Shown here in pieces: positions 1-15,000 of a DNA stretch of 64,000 bases. The translations under genes and the position numbers were made by a program. Within the stretch, counting starts at the first letter, position 1. Each line of letters opens with the position of its first letter. The notes beneath the pieces are model-generated. The model did not search any database. It had not been told where the DNA came from and worked only from the letters and a program-made list of their open reading frames with translations. Source of the DNA: Nemertoderma westbladi (lineage: Eukaryota; Animalia; Xenacoelomorpha); NCBI GenBank assembly GCA_032718475.1, contig JAUCBJ010007635.1, positions 62,001 through 126,000 on the forward strand. Reading direction: 5' to 3'.

Positions 1-3000
1 CACAGTTGTATGGCTATTCCGTATGCAATAACTAACTTTCACTTTCACAGTTGTATGGCTATTCCGTATGCAATAACTATTTTTCTCTTTCACAGTTGTA
101 TGGCTATTCCGTATGCAATAACTATTTTTCTCTTTCACAGTTGTATAGCTATTCCGTATGCAATAACTAACTTTCACTTTCACAGTTGTATGGCTATTCC
201 GTATGCAATAACTATTTTTCTCTTTCACAGTTGTATGGCTATTCCGTATGCAATAACTAACTTTCACTTTCACAGTTGTATGGCTATTCCGTATGCAATA
301 ACTAACTTTCACTTTCACAGTTGTATGGCTATTCCGTATACAATAACTAACTTTCATTTTCCTAGTTGTATGGCTATTCCGTATACAATAACTATTTTTC
401 TCTTTCACAGTTGTATGTCTATTCCGTATGCAATAACTATTTTTCTCTTTCACAGTTGTATGGCTATTCCGTATGCAATAACTAACTTTCACTTTCACAG
501 TTGTATGGCTATTCCGTATGCAATAACTAACTTTCACTTTCACAGTTGTATGGCTATTCCCTATGCAATAACTAACTTTCACTTTCACAGTTGTATGGCT
601 ATTCCGTATGCAATAACTAACTTTCACTTTCACAGTTGTATGGCTATTCCGTATGCAATAACTAACTTTCACTTTCACAGTTGTATAGCTATTCCGTATG
701 CAATAACTAACTTTCATTTTCACAGTTGTATGGCTATTCCGTATGCAATAACTAACTTTCACTTTCACAGTTGTATGGCTATTCCGTATGCAATAACTAA
801 CTTTCACTTTCACAGTTGTATGGCTATTCCGTATGCAATAACTAACTTTCACTTTCACAGTTGTATGGCTATTCCGTATGCAATAACTAACTTTCACTTT
901 CACAGTTGTATGGCTATTCCCTATGCAATAACTAACTTTCACTTTCACAGTTGTATGGCTATTCCGTATGCAATAACTAACTTTCACTTTCACAGTTGTA
1001 TAGCTATTCCGTATGCAATAACTAACTTTCACTTTCACAGTTGTATGGCTATTCCGTATGCAATAACTAACCTTCTCTTTCACAGTTGTATAGCTATTCC
1101 GTATGCAATAACTAACTTTCACTTTCACAGTTGTATGGCTATTCCGTATGCAATAACTATTTTTCTCTTTCACAGTTGTATAGCTATTCCGTATGCAATA
1201 ACTAACTTTCACTTTCACAGTTGTATGGCTATTCCGTATGCAATAACTATTTTTCTCTTTCACAGTTGTATGGCTATTCCGTATGCAATAACTAACTTTC
1301 ACTTTCACAGTTGTATGGCTATTCCGTATGCAATAACTAACTTTCACTTTCACAGTTGTATGGCTATTCCCTATGCAATAACTAACTTTCACTTTCACAG
1401 TTGTATGGCTATTCCGTATGCAATAACTAACTTTCACTTTCACAGTTGTATGGCTATTCCGTATGCAATAACTAACTTTCACTTTCACAGTTGTATAGCT
1501 ATTCCGTATGCAATAACTAACTTTCACTTTCACAGTTGTATGGCTATTCCGTATGCAATAACTAACTTTCACTTTCACAGTTGTATGGCTATTCCGTATG
1601 CAATAACTAACTTTCACTTTCACAGTTGTATGGCTATTCCGTATGCAATAACTAACTTTCACTTTCACAGTTGTATGGCTATTCCGTATGCAATAACTAA
1701 CTTTCACTTTCACAGTTGTATGGCTATTCCCTATGCAATAACTAACTTTCACTTTCACAGTTGTATGGCTATTCCGTATGCAATAACTAACTTTCACTTT
1801 CACAGTTGTATGGCTATTCCGTATGCAATAACTAACTTTCACTTTCACAGTTGTATGGCTATTCCGTATGCAATAACTAACTTTCACTTTCACAGTTGTA
1901 TGGCTATTCCGTATGCAATAACTAACTTTCACTTTCACAGTTGTATGGCTATTCCGTATGCAATAACTAACTTTCACTTTCACAGTTGTATGGCTATTCC
2001 GTATGCAATAACTAACTTTCACTTTCACAGTTGTATGGCTATTCCGTATGCAATAACTAACTTTCACTTTCACAGTTGTATAGCTATTCCGTATGCAATA
2101 ACTAACTTTCACTTTCACAGTTGTATGGCTATTCCGTATGCAATAACTAACTTTCACTTTCACAGTTGTATGGCTATTCCGTATGCAATAACTAACTTTC
2201 ACTTTCACAGTTGTATGGCTATTCCGTATGCAATAACTAACTTTCACTTTCACAGTTGTATGGCTATTCCGTATGCAATAACTAACTTTCACTTTCACAG
2301 TTGTATGGCTATTCCCTATGCAATAACTAACTTTCACTTTCACAGTTGTATGGCTATTCCGTATGCAATAACTAACTTTCACTTTCACAGTTGTATAGCT
2401 ATTCCGTATGCAATAACTAACTTTCACTTTCACAGTTGTATGGCTATTCCGTATGCAATAACTAACCTTCTCTTTCACAGTTGTATAGCTATTCCGTATG
2501 CAATAACTAACTTTCACTTTCACAGTTGTATGGCTATTCCGTATGCAATAACTAACCTTCTCTTTCACAGTTGTATGGCTATTCCGTATGCAATAACTAA
2601 CTTTCACTTTCACAGTTGTATGGCTATTCCGTATGCAATAACTAACTTTCACTTTCACAGTTGTATGGCTATTCCCTATGCAATAACTAACTTTCACTTT
2701 CACAGTTGTATGGCTATTCCGTATGCAATAACTAACTTTCACTTTCACAGTTGTATAGCTATTCCGTATGCAATAACTAACTTTCACTTTCACAGTTGTA
2801 TGGCTATTCCGTATGCAATAACTAACCTTCTCTTTCACAGTTGTATAGCTATTCCGTATGCAATAACTAACTTTCACTTTCACAGTTGTATGGCTATTCC
2901 GTATACAATAACTAACATTCACTTTCACAGTTGTATGGCTATTCCGTATGCAATAACTAACTTTCACTTTCACAGTTGTATGGCTATTCCGTATGCAATA

Positions 3001-6000
3001 ACTAACTTTCACTTTCACAGTTGTATGGCTATTCCGTATGCAATAACTAACTTTCACTTTCACAGTTGTATGGCTATTCCGTATGCAATAACTAACTTTC
3101 ACTTTCACAGTTGTATGGCTATTCCGTATGCAATAACTAACCTTCTCTTTCACAGTTGTATAGCTATTCCGTATGCAATAACTAACTTTCACTTTCACAG
3201 TTGTATAGCTATTCCGTATGCAATAACTAACTTTCACTTTCACAGTTGTATAGCTATTCCGTATGCAATAACTAACCTTCTCTTTCACAGTTGTATAGCT
3301 ATTCCGTATGCAATAACTAACTTTCACTTTCACAGTTGTATAGCTATTCCGTATGCAATAACTAACTTTCACTTTCACAGTTGTATAGCTATTCCGTATG
3401 CAATAACTAACTTTCACTTTCACAGTTGTATAGCTATTCCGTATGCAATAACTAACCTTCTCTTTCACAGTTGTATAGCTATTCCGTATGCAATAACTAA
3501 CTTTCACTTTCACAGTTGTATGGCTATTCCGTATGCAATAACTAACTTTCACTTTCACAGTTGTATGGCTATTCCGTATGCAATAACTAACTTTCATTTT
3601 CCGAGTTGTATGGCTATTCCGTATGCAATAACTATTTTTCTCTTTCACAGTTGTATGTATGGCTATTCCGTATGCAATAACTAACTTTCACTTTCACAGT
3701 TGCATGGCTATTCCGTATGCAATAACTAACCTTCTCTTTCACAGTTGTATGGCTATTCCGTATGCAATAACTAACTTTCACTTTCACAGTTGTATGGCTA
3801 TTCCGTATGCAATAACTAACCTTCTCTTTCACAGTTGTATGGCTATTCCGTATGCAATAACTAACTTTCACTTTCACAGTTGTATGGCTATTCCGTATGC
3901 AATAACTAATCTTCTCTTTCACAGTTGTATGTATGGCTATTCCGTATGCAATAACTAACCTTCTCTTTCACAGTTGTATGGCTATTCCGTATGCAATAAC
4001 TAACTTTCACTATCACAGTTGTATGGCTATTCCGTATGCAATAACTAACCTTCTCTTTCACAGTTGTATGGCTATTCCGTATGCAATAACTAACTTTCAC
4101 TTTCACAGTTGTATGGCTATTCCGTATGCAATAACTAACTTTCACTATCACAGTTGTATGGCTATTCCGTATGCAATAACTAACCTTCTCTTTCACAGTT
4201 GTATGGCTATTCCGTATGCAATAACTAACTTTCACTTTCACAGTTGTATGGCTATTCCGTATGCAATAACTAATCTTCTCTTTCACAGTTGTATGTATGG
4301 CTATTCCGTATGCAATAACTAACCTTCTCTTTCACAGTTGTATGGCTATTCCGTATGCAATAACTAACTTTCACTATCACAGTTGTATGGCTATTCCGTA
4401 TGCAATAACTAACCTTCTCTTTCACAGTTGTATGGCTATTCCGTATGCAATAACTAACTTTCACTTTCACAGTTGTATGACTATTCCGTATACAATAACT
4501 AACTTTCACTTTCACAGTTGTATGACTATTCCGTATGCAATAACTAACTTTCACTTTCACAGTTGTATGTCTATTCCGTATGCAATAACTAATCTTCTCT
4601 TTCACAGTTGTATGTATGGCTATTCCGTATGCAATAACTAACTTTCACTTTCACAGTTGTATGGCTATTCCGTATGCAATAACTAACTTTCACTTTCACA
4701 GTTGTATGGCTATTCCGTATGCAATAACTAACCTTCTCTTTCACAGTTGTATGACTATTCCGTATGCAATAACTAACTTTCACTTTCACAGTTGTATGTC
4801 TATTCCGTATGCAATAACTAATCTTCTCTTTCACAGTTGTATGTATGGCTATTCCGTATGCAATAACTAACTTTCACTTTCACAGTTGTATGTCTATTCC
4901 GTATGCAATAACTAATCTTCTCTTTCACAGTTGTATGTATGGCTATTCCGTATGCAATAACTAACTTTCACTATCACAGTTGTATGGCTATTCCGTATGC
5001 AATAACTAACCTTCTCTTTCACAGTTGTATGACTATTCCGTATGCAATAACTAACTTTCACTTTCACAGTTGTATGTCTATTCCGTATGCAATAACTAAT
5101 CTTCTCTTTCACAGTTGTATGTATGGCTATTCCGTATGCAATAACTAACTTTCACTATCACAGTTGTATGGCTATTCCGTATGCAATAACTAATCTTCTC
5201 TTTCACAGTTGTATGTATGGCTATTCCGTATGCAATAACTAACTTTCACTTTCACAGTTGTATGTCTATTCCGTATGCAATAACTAATCTTCTCTTTCAC
5301 AGTTGTATGTATGGCTATTCCGTATGCAATAACTAACTTTCACTTTCACAGTTGTATGTCTATTCCGTATGCAATAACTAATCTTCTCTTTCACAGTTGT
5401 ATGTATGGCTATTCCGTATGCAATAACTAACTTTCACTTTCACAGTTGTATGTCTATTCCGTATGCAATAACTAATCTTCTCTTTCACAGTTGTATGTAT
5501 GGCTATTCCGTATGCAATAACTAACTTTCACTATCACAGTTGTATGGCTATTCCGTATGCAATAACTAACCTTCTCTTTCACAGTTGTATGGCTATTCCG
5601 TATGCAATAACTAACCTTCTCTTTCACAGTTGTATGACTATTCCGTATGCAATAACTAACCTTCTCTTTCACAGTTGTATGACTATTCCGTATACAATAA
5701 CTAACTTTCACTATCACAGTTGTATGGCTATTCCGTATGCAATAACTAACCTTCTCTTTCACAGTTGTATGTCTATTCCGTATGCAATAACTAATCTTCT
5801 CTTTCACAGTTGTATGTATGGCTATTCCGTATGCAATAACTAACTTTCACTATCACAGTTGTATGGCTATTCCGTATGCAATAACTAACCTTCTCTTTCA
5901 CAGTTGTATGACTATTCCGTATGCAATAACTAACTTTCACTTTCACAGTTGTATGTCTATTCCGTATGCAATAACTAATCTTCTCTTTCACAGTTGTATG

Positions 6001-9000
6001 TATGGCTATTCCGTATGCAATAACTAACTTTCACTTTCACAGTTGTATGGCTATTCCGTATGCAATAACTAACTTTCACTTTCACAGTTGTATGGCTATT
6101 CCGTATGCAATAACTAACTTTCACTTTCACAGTTGTATGGCTATTCCGTATGCAATAACTAACTTTCACTTTCACAGTTGTATGGCTATTCCGTATGCAA
6201 TAACTAACTTTCACTTTCACAGTTGTATGGCTATTCCGTATGCAATAACTAACCTTCTCTTTCACAGTTGTATGGCTATTCCGTATACAATAACTATTTT
6301 TCTCTTTCACAGTTGTATGTATGGCTATTCCGTATGCAATAACTAACCTTCTCTTTCACAGTTGTATGGCTATTCCGTATACAATAACTATTTTTCTCTT
6401 TCACAGTTGTATGTATGGCTATTCCGTATGCAATAACTAACTTTCACTTTCACAGTTGTATGGCTATTCCGTATGCAATAACTAACTTTCACTTTCACAG
6501 TTGCATGGCTATTCCGTATGCAATAACTAACCTTCTCTTTCACAGTTGTATGGCTATTCCGTATGCAATAACTAACTTTCACTTTCACAGTTGTATGGCT
6601 ATTCCGTATGCAATAACTAACCTTCTCTTTCACAGTTGTATGGCTATTCCGTATACAATAACTATTTTTCTCTTTCACAGTTGTATGTATGGCTATTCCG
6701 TATGCAATAACTAACTTTCACTTTCACAGTTGTATGGCTATTCCGTATGCAATAACTAACTTTCACTTTCACAGTTGCATGGCTATTCCGTATGCAATAA
6801 CTAACCTTCTCTTTCACAGTTGTATGGCTATTCCGTATGCAATAACTAACTTTCACTTTCACAGTTGTATGGCTATTCCGTATACAATAACTATTTTTCT
6901 CTTTCACAGTTGTATGTATGGCTATTCCGTATGCAATAACTAACTTTCACTTTCACAGTTGTATGGCTATTCCGTATGCAATAACTAACTTTCACTTTCA
7001 CAGTTGCATGGCTATTCCGTATGCAATAACTAACCTTCTCTTTCACAGTTGTATGGCTATTCCGTATGCAATAACTAACCTTCTCTTTCACAGTTGTATG
7101 GCTATTCCGTATGCAATAACTAACCTTCTCTTTCACAGTTGTATGTCTATTCCGTATGCAATAACTAACCTTCTCTTTCACAGTTGTATGGCTATTCCGT
7201 ATGCAATAACTAACCTTCTCTTTCACAGTTGTATGTCTATTCCGTATGCAATAACTAACCTTCTCTTTCACAGTTGTATGGCTATTCCGTATGCAATAAC
7301 TAACCTTCTCTTTCACAGTTGTATGTCTATTCCGTATGCAATAACTAACCTTCTCTTTCACAGTTGTATGTCTATTCCGTATGCAATAACTAACCTTCTC
7401 TTTCACAGTTGTATGGCTATTCCGTATGCAATAACTAACCTTCTCTTTCACAGTTGTATGTCTATTCCGTATGCAATAACTAACCTTCTCTTTCACAGTT
7501 GTATGGCTATTCCGTATGCAATAACTAACTTTCACTTTCACAGTTGCATGGCTATTCCGTATGCAATAACTAACCTTCTCTTTCACAGTTGTATGGCTAT
7601 TCCGTATGCAATAACTAACCTTCTCTTTCACAGTTGTATGGCTATTCCGTATGCAATAACTAACCTTCTCTTTCACAGTTGTATGTCTATTCCGTATGCA
7701 ATAACTAACCTTCTCTTTCACAGTTGTATGGCTATTCCGTATGCAATAACTAACCTTCTCTTTCACAGTTGTATGTCTATTCCGTATGCAATAACTAACC
7801 TTCTCTTTCACAGTTGTATGGCTATTCCGTATGCAATAACTAACCTTCTCTTTCACAGTTGTATGTCTATTCCGTATGCAATAACTAACCTTCTCTTTCA
7901 CAGTTGTATGTCTATTCCGTATGCAATAACTAACCTTCTCTTTCACAGTTGTATGGCTATTCCGTATGCAATAACTAACCTTCTCTTTCACAGTTGTATG
8001 TCTATTCCGTATGCAATAACTAACCTTCTCTTTCACAGTTGTATGGCTATTCCGTATGCAATAACTAACCTTCTCTTTCACAGTTGTATGTCTATTCCGT
8101 ATGCAATAACTAACCTTCTCTTTCACAGTTGTATGGCTATTCCGTATGCAATAACTAACCTTCTCTTTCACAGTTGTATGTCTATTCCGTATGCAATAAC
8201 TAACCTTCACTTTCACAGTTGTATGGCTATTCCGTATGCAATAACTATTTTTCTCTTTCACAGTTGTATGGCTATTCCGTATGCAATAACTAACTTTCAC
8301 TTTCACAGTTGTATGTCTATTCCGTATACAATAACTATTTTTCTCTTTCACAGTTGTATGTATGGCTATTCCGTATACAATAACTAACCTTCACTTTCAC
8401 AGTTGTATGGCTATTCCGTATACAATAACTATTTTTCTCTTTCACAGTTGTATGTATGGCTATTCCGTATACAATAACTAACCTTCACTTTCACAGTTGT
8501 ATGGCTATTCCGTATGCAATAACTATTTTTCTCTTTCACAGTTGTATGGCTATTCCGTATGCAATAACTAACTTTCACTTTCACAGTTGTATGTCTATTC
8601 CGTATGCAATAACTAACTTAACTTTCACAGTTGTATGGCTATTCCGTATGCAATAACTAACTTTCACTTTCACAGTTGTATGGCTATTCCGTATGCAATA
8701 ACTAACCTTCTCTTTCACAGTTGTATGGCTATTCCGTATACAATAACTATTTTTCTCTTTCACAGTTGTATGGCTATTCCTTATGCAATAACTAACCTTC
8801 ACTTTCACAGTTGTATGGCTATTCCGTATGCAATAACTAACCTTCTCTTTCACAGTTGTATGGCTATTCCGTATACAATAACTATTTTTCTCTTTCACAG
8901 TTGTATGGCTATTCCGTATGCAATAACTATTTTTCTCTTTCACAGTTGTATGTCTATTCCGTATGCAATAAATAACCTTCTCTTTCACAGTTGTATGGCT

Positions 9001-12000
9001 ATTCCGTATACAATAACTATTTTTCTCTTTCACAGTTGTATGGCTATTCCGTATGCAATAACTAACCTTCACTTTCACAGTTGTATGTATGGCTATTCCG
9101 TATGCAATAACTAACCTTCTCTTTCACAGTTGTATGGCTATTCCGTATACAATAACTATTTTTCTCTTTCACAGTTGTATGTCTATTCCGTATGCAATAA
9201 CTAACTTTCACTTTCACAGTTGTATGGCTATTCCGTATACAATAACTATTTTTCTCTTTCACAGTTGTATGTCTATTCCGTATGCAATAACTATTTTTCT
9301 CTTTCACAGTTGTATGGCTATTCCGTATACAATAACTATTTTTCTCTTTCACAGTTGTATGGCTATTCCGTATGCAATAACTAACCTTCTCTTTCACAGT
9401 TGTATGGCTATTCCGTATACAATAACTATTTTTCTCTTTCACAGTTGTAAAGCTATTCCGTATGCAATAACTAACCTTCTCTTTCACAGTTGTATGGCTA
9501 TTCCGTATACAATAACTAACTTTCACTTTCACAGTTGTATGTCTATTCCGTATGCAATAACTAACTTTCACTTTCACAGTTGTATGGCTATTCCGTATAC
9601 AATAACTATTTTTCTCTTTCACAGTTGTATGTCTATTCCGTATGCAATAACTATTTTTCTCTTTCACAGTTGTATGTCTATTCCGTATACAATAACTATT
9701 TTTCTCTTTCACAGTTGTATGTCTATTCCGTATGCAATAACTATTTTTCTCTTTCACAGTTGTATGGCTATTCCGTATACAATAACTATTTTTCTCTTTC
9801 ACAGTTGTATGTATGGCTATTCCGTATACAATAACTATTTTTCTCTTTCACAGTTGTATGGCTATTCCGTATACAATAACTATTTTTCTCTTTCACAGTT
9901 GTATGGCTATTCCGTATACAATAACTATTTTTCTCTTTCACAGTTGTATGTATGGCTATTCCGTATACAATAACTATTTTTCTCTTTCACAGTTGTATGG
10001 CTATTCCGTATACAATAACTATTTTTCTCTTTCACAGTTGTATGTATGGCTATTCCGTATACAATAACTATTTTTCTCTTTCACAGTTGTATGGCTATTC
10101 CGTATACAATAACTATTTTTCTCTTTCACAGTTGTATGTATGGCTATTCCGTATACAATAACTATTTTTCTCTTTCACAGTTGTATGGCTATTCCGTATA
10201 CAATAACTATTTTTCTCTTTCACAGTTGTATGTATGGCTATTCCGTATGCAATAACTATTTTTCTCTTTCACAGTTGTATGGCTATTCCGTATGCAATAA
10301 CTATTTTTCTCTTTCACAGTTGTATGTATGGCTATTCCGTATGCAATAACTATTTTTCTCTTTCACAGTTGTATGGCTATTCCGTATACAATAACTATTT
10401 TTCTCTTTCACAGTTGTATGTATGGCTATTCCGTATGCAATAACTATTTTTCTCTTTCACAGTTGTATGGCTATTCCGTATACAATAACTATTTTTCTCT
10501 TTCACAGTTGTATGTATGGCTATTCCGTATACAATAACTATTTTTCTCTTTCACAGTTGTATGGCTATTCCGTATACAATAACTATTTTTCTCTTTCACA
10601 GTTGTATGTATGGCTATTCCGTATGCAATAACTAACCTTCTCTTTCACAGTTGTATGGCTATTCCGTATGCAATAACTAACTTTCACTTTCACAGTTGTA
10701 TGGCTATTCCGTATGCAATAACTATTTTTCTCTTTCACAGTTGTATGGCTATTCCGTATGCAATAACTATTTTTCTCTTTCACAGTTGTATGGCTATTCC
10801 GTATACAATAACTATTTTTCTCTTTCACAGTTGTATGTATGGCTATTCCGTATGCAATAACTATTTTTCTCTTTCACAGTTGTATGTATGGCTATTCCGT
10901 ATACAATAACTATTTTTCTCTTTCACAGTTGTATGTCTATTCCGTATGCAATAACTAACTTTCACTTTCACAGTTGTATGTCTATTCCGTATGCAATAAC
11001 TAACCTTCTCTTTCACAGTTGTATGGCTATTCCGTATGCAATAACTAACCTTCTCTTTCACAGTTGTATGGCTATTCCGTATGCAATAACTATTTTTCTC
11101 TTTCACAGTTGTATGTCTATTCCGTATGCAATAACTATTTTTCTCTTTCACAGTTGTATGTCTATTCCGTATGCAATAACTAACCTTCTCTTTCACAGTT
11201 GTATGGCTATTCCGTATGCAATAACTAACCTTCTCTTTCACAGTTGTATGTCTATTCCGTATGCAATAACTATTTTTCTCTTTCACAGTTGTATGTCTAT
11301 TCCGTATGCAATAACTAACCTTCTCTTTCACAGTTGTATGGCTATTCCGTATGCAATAACTATTTTTCTCTTTCACAGTTGTATGTCTATTCCGTATGCA
11401 ATAACTAACCTTCTCTTTCACAGTTGTATGGCTATTCCGTATGCAATAACTAACCTTCTCTTTCACAGTTGTATGGCTATTCCGTATACAATAACTATTT
11501 TTCTCTTTCACAGTTGTATGTCTATTCCGTATGCAATAACTATTTTTCTCTTTCACAGTTGTATGTCTATTCCGTATGCAATAACTATTTTTCTCTTTCA
11601 CAGTTGTATGTATGGCTATTCCGTATACAATAACTATTTTTCTCTTTCACAGTTGTATGGCTATTCCGTTTGCAATAACTAACTTTCACTTTCACAGTTG
11701 TATGGCTATTCCGTTTGCAATAACTAACTTTCACTTTCACAGTTGTATGGGTATTCCGTATGCAATAACTATTTTTCTCTTTCACAGTTGTATGTCTTTT
11801 CCGTATGCAATAACTAACCTTCTCTTTCACAGTTGTATGGCTATTCCGTATGCAATAACTAACCTTCTCTTTCACAGTTGTATGGCTATTCCGTATACAA
11901 TAACTATTTTTCTCTTTCACAGTTGTATGTCTATTCCGTATGCAATAACTATTTTTCTCTTTCACAGTTGTATGTCTATTCCGTATGCAATAACTATTTT

Positions 12001-15000
12001 TCTCTTTCACAGTTGTATGTATGGCTATTCCGTATACAATAACTATTTTTCTCTTTCACAGTTGTATGTCTATTCCGTATGCAATAACTATTTTTCTCTT
12101 TCACAGTTGTATGTCTATTCCGTATGCAATAACTAACCTTCTCTTTCACAGTTGTATGGCTATTCCGTATGCAATAACTAACCTTCTCTTTCACAGTTGT
12201 ATGGCTATTCCGTATACAATAACTATTTTTCTCTTTCACAGTTGTATGGCTATTCCGTATGCAATAACTAACTTTCACTTTCACAGTTGTATGGCTATTC
12301 CGTATGCAATAACTAACTTTCACTTTCACAGTTGTATGGCTATTCCGTATGCAATAACTAACTTTCACTTTCACAGTTGTATGGCTATTCCGTATGCAAT
12401 AACTAACTTTCACTTTCACAGTTGTATGGCTATTCCGTATGCAATAACTAACTTTCACTTTCACAGTTGTATGGCTATTCCGTATGCAATAACTAACTTT
12501 CACTTTCACAGTTGTATGGCTATTCCGTATGCAATAACTAACTTTCACTTTCACAGTTGTATGTCTATTCCGTATGCAATAACTATTTTTCTCTTTCACA
12601 GTTGTATGGCTATTCCGTATGCAATAACTAACCTTCTCTTTCACAGTTGTATGGCTATTCCGTATACAATAACTATTTTTCTCTTTCACAGTTGTATGTC
12701 TATTCCGTATGCAATAACTATTTTTCACTTTCACAGTTGTATGTCTATTCCGTATACAATAACTATTTTTCTCTTTCACAGTTGTATGTCTATTCCGTAT
12801 GCAATAACTATTTTTCTCTTTCACAGTTGTATGTCTATTCCGTATGCAATAACTATTTTTCTCTTTCACAGTTGTATGTATGGCTATTCCGTATACAATA
12901 ACTATTTTTCTCTTTCACAGTTGTATGTCTATTCCGTATGCAATAACTAACCTTCTCTTTCACAGTTGTATGGCTATTCCGTATACAATAACTATTTTTC
13001 TCTTTCACAGTTGTATGTCTATTCCGTATGCAATAACTAACCTTCTCTTTCACAGTTGTATGACTATTCCGTATGCAATAACTAACTTTCACTTTCACAG
13101 TTGTATGACTATTCCGTATGCAATAACTATTTTTCTCTTTCACAGTTGTATGTCTATTCCGTATACAATAACTATTTTTCTCTTTCACAGTTGTATGTTT
13201 GGCTATTCCGTATACAATAACTATTTTTCTCTTTCACAGTTGTATGTTTGGCTATTCCGTATACAATAACTATTTTTCTCTTTCACAGTTGTATGGCTAT
13301 TCCGTATACAATAACTATTTTTCTCTTTCACAGTTGTATGTCTATTCCGTATGCAATAACTAACTTTCACTTTCACAGTTGTAAGGCTATTCCGTATACA
13401 ATAACTAACTTTCACTTTCACAGTTGTACGGTTATTCCGTATACAATAACTAACTTTCACTTTCACAGTTATATGGCTATTCCGTATGCAATAACTAACT
13501 TTCACTTTCACAGTTGTATGGCTATTCCGTATGCAATAACTATTTTTCTCTTTCACAGTTGTATGTCTATTCCGTATGCAATAACTAACCTTCTCTTTCA
13601 CAGTTGTATGGCTATTCCGTATGCAATAACTAACCTTCTCTTTCACAGTTGTATGGCTATTCCGTATACAATAACTATTTTTCTCTTTCACAGTTGTATG
13701 TCTATTCCGTATGCAATAACTAACCTTCACTTTCACAGTTGTATGGCTATTCCGTATGCAATAACTAACCTTCTCTTTCACAGTTGTATGGCTATTCCGT
13801 ATGCAATAACTAACCTTCACTTTCACAGTTGTATGGCTATTCCGTATGCAATAACTAACCTTCTCTTTCACAGTTGTATGGCTATTCCGTATACAATAAC
13901 TATTTTTCTCTTTCACAGTTGTATGGCTATTCCGTATACAATAACTATTTTTCTCTTTCACAGTTGTATGTCTATTCCGTATGCAATAACTAACCTTCTC
14001 TTTCACAGTTGTATGGCTATTCCGTATGTAATAACTAACTTTCACTTTCACAGTTGTATGTCTATTCCGTATGCAATAACTATTTTTCTCTTTCACAGTT
14101 GTATGTCTATTCCGTATACAATAACTATTTTTCTCTTTCACAGTTGTATGGCTATTCCGTATACAATAACTATTTTTCTCTTTCACAGTTGTATGGCTAT
14201 TCCGTATGCAATAACTAACCTTCACTTTCACAGTTGTATGGCTATTCCGTATGCAATAACTAACCTTCTCTTTCACAGTTGTATGGCTATTCCGTATACA
14301 ATAACTATTTTTCTCTTTCACAGTTGTATGGCTATTCCGTATGCAATAACTAACCTTCACTTTCACAGTTGTATGGCTATTCCGTATGCAATAACTAACC
14401 TTCTCTTTCACAGTTGTATGGCTATTCCGTATACAATAACTATTTTTCTCTTTCACAGTTGTATGGCTATTCCGTATACAATAACTATTTTTCTCTTTCA
14501 CAGTTGTATGTCTATTCCGTATGCAATAACTATTTTTCTCTTTCACAGTTGTATGTATGGCTATTCCGTATGCAATAACTAACCTTCACTTTCACAGTTG
14601 TATGGCTATTCCGTATGCAATAACTAACCTTCTCTTTCACAGTTGTATGGCTATTCCGTATACAATAACTATTTTTCTCTTTCACAGTTGTATGGCTATT
14701 CCGTATACAATAACTAACTTTCACTTTCACAGTTGTATGGCTATTCCGTATACAATAACTAACTTTCTCTTTCACAGTTGTATGTCTATTCCGTATACAA
14801 TAACTATTTTTCTCTTTCACAGTTGTATGTATGGCTATTCCGTATACAATAACTAACTTTCTCTTTCACAGTTGTATGTCTATTCCGTATGCAATAACTA
14901 TTTTTCTCTTTCACAGTTGTATGTATGGCTATTCCGTATACAATAACTATTTTTCTCTTTCACAGTTGTATGGCTATTCCGTATACAATAACTATTTTTC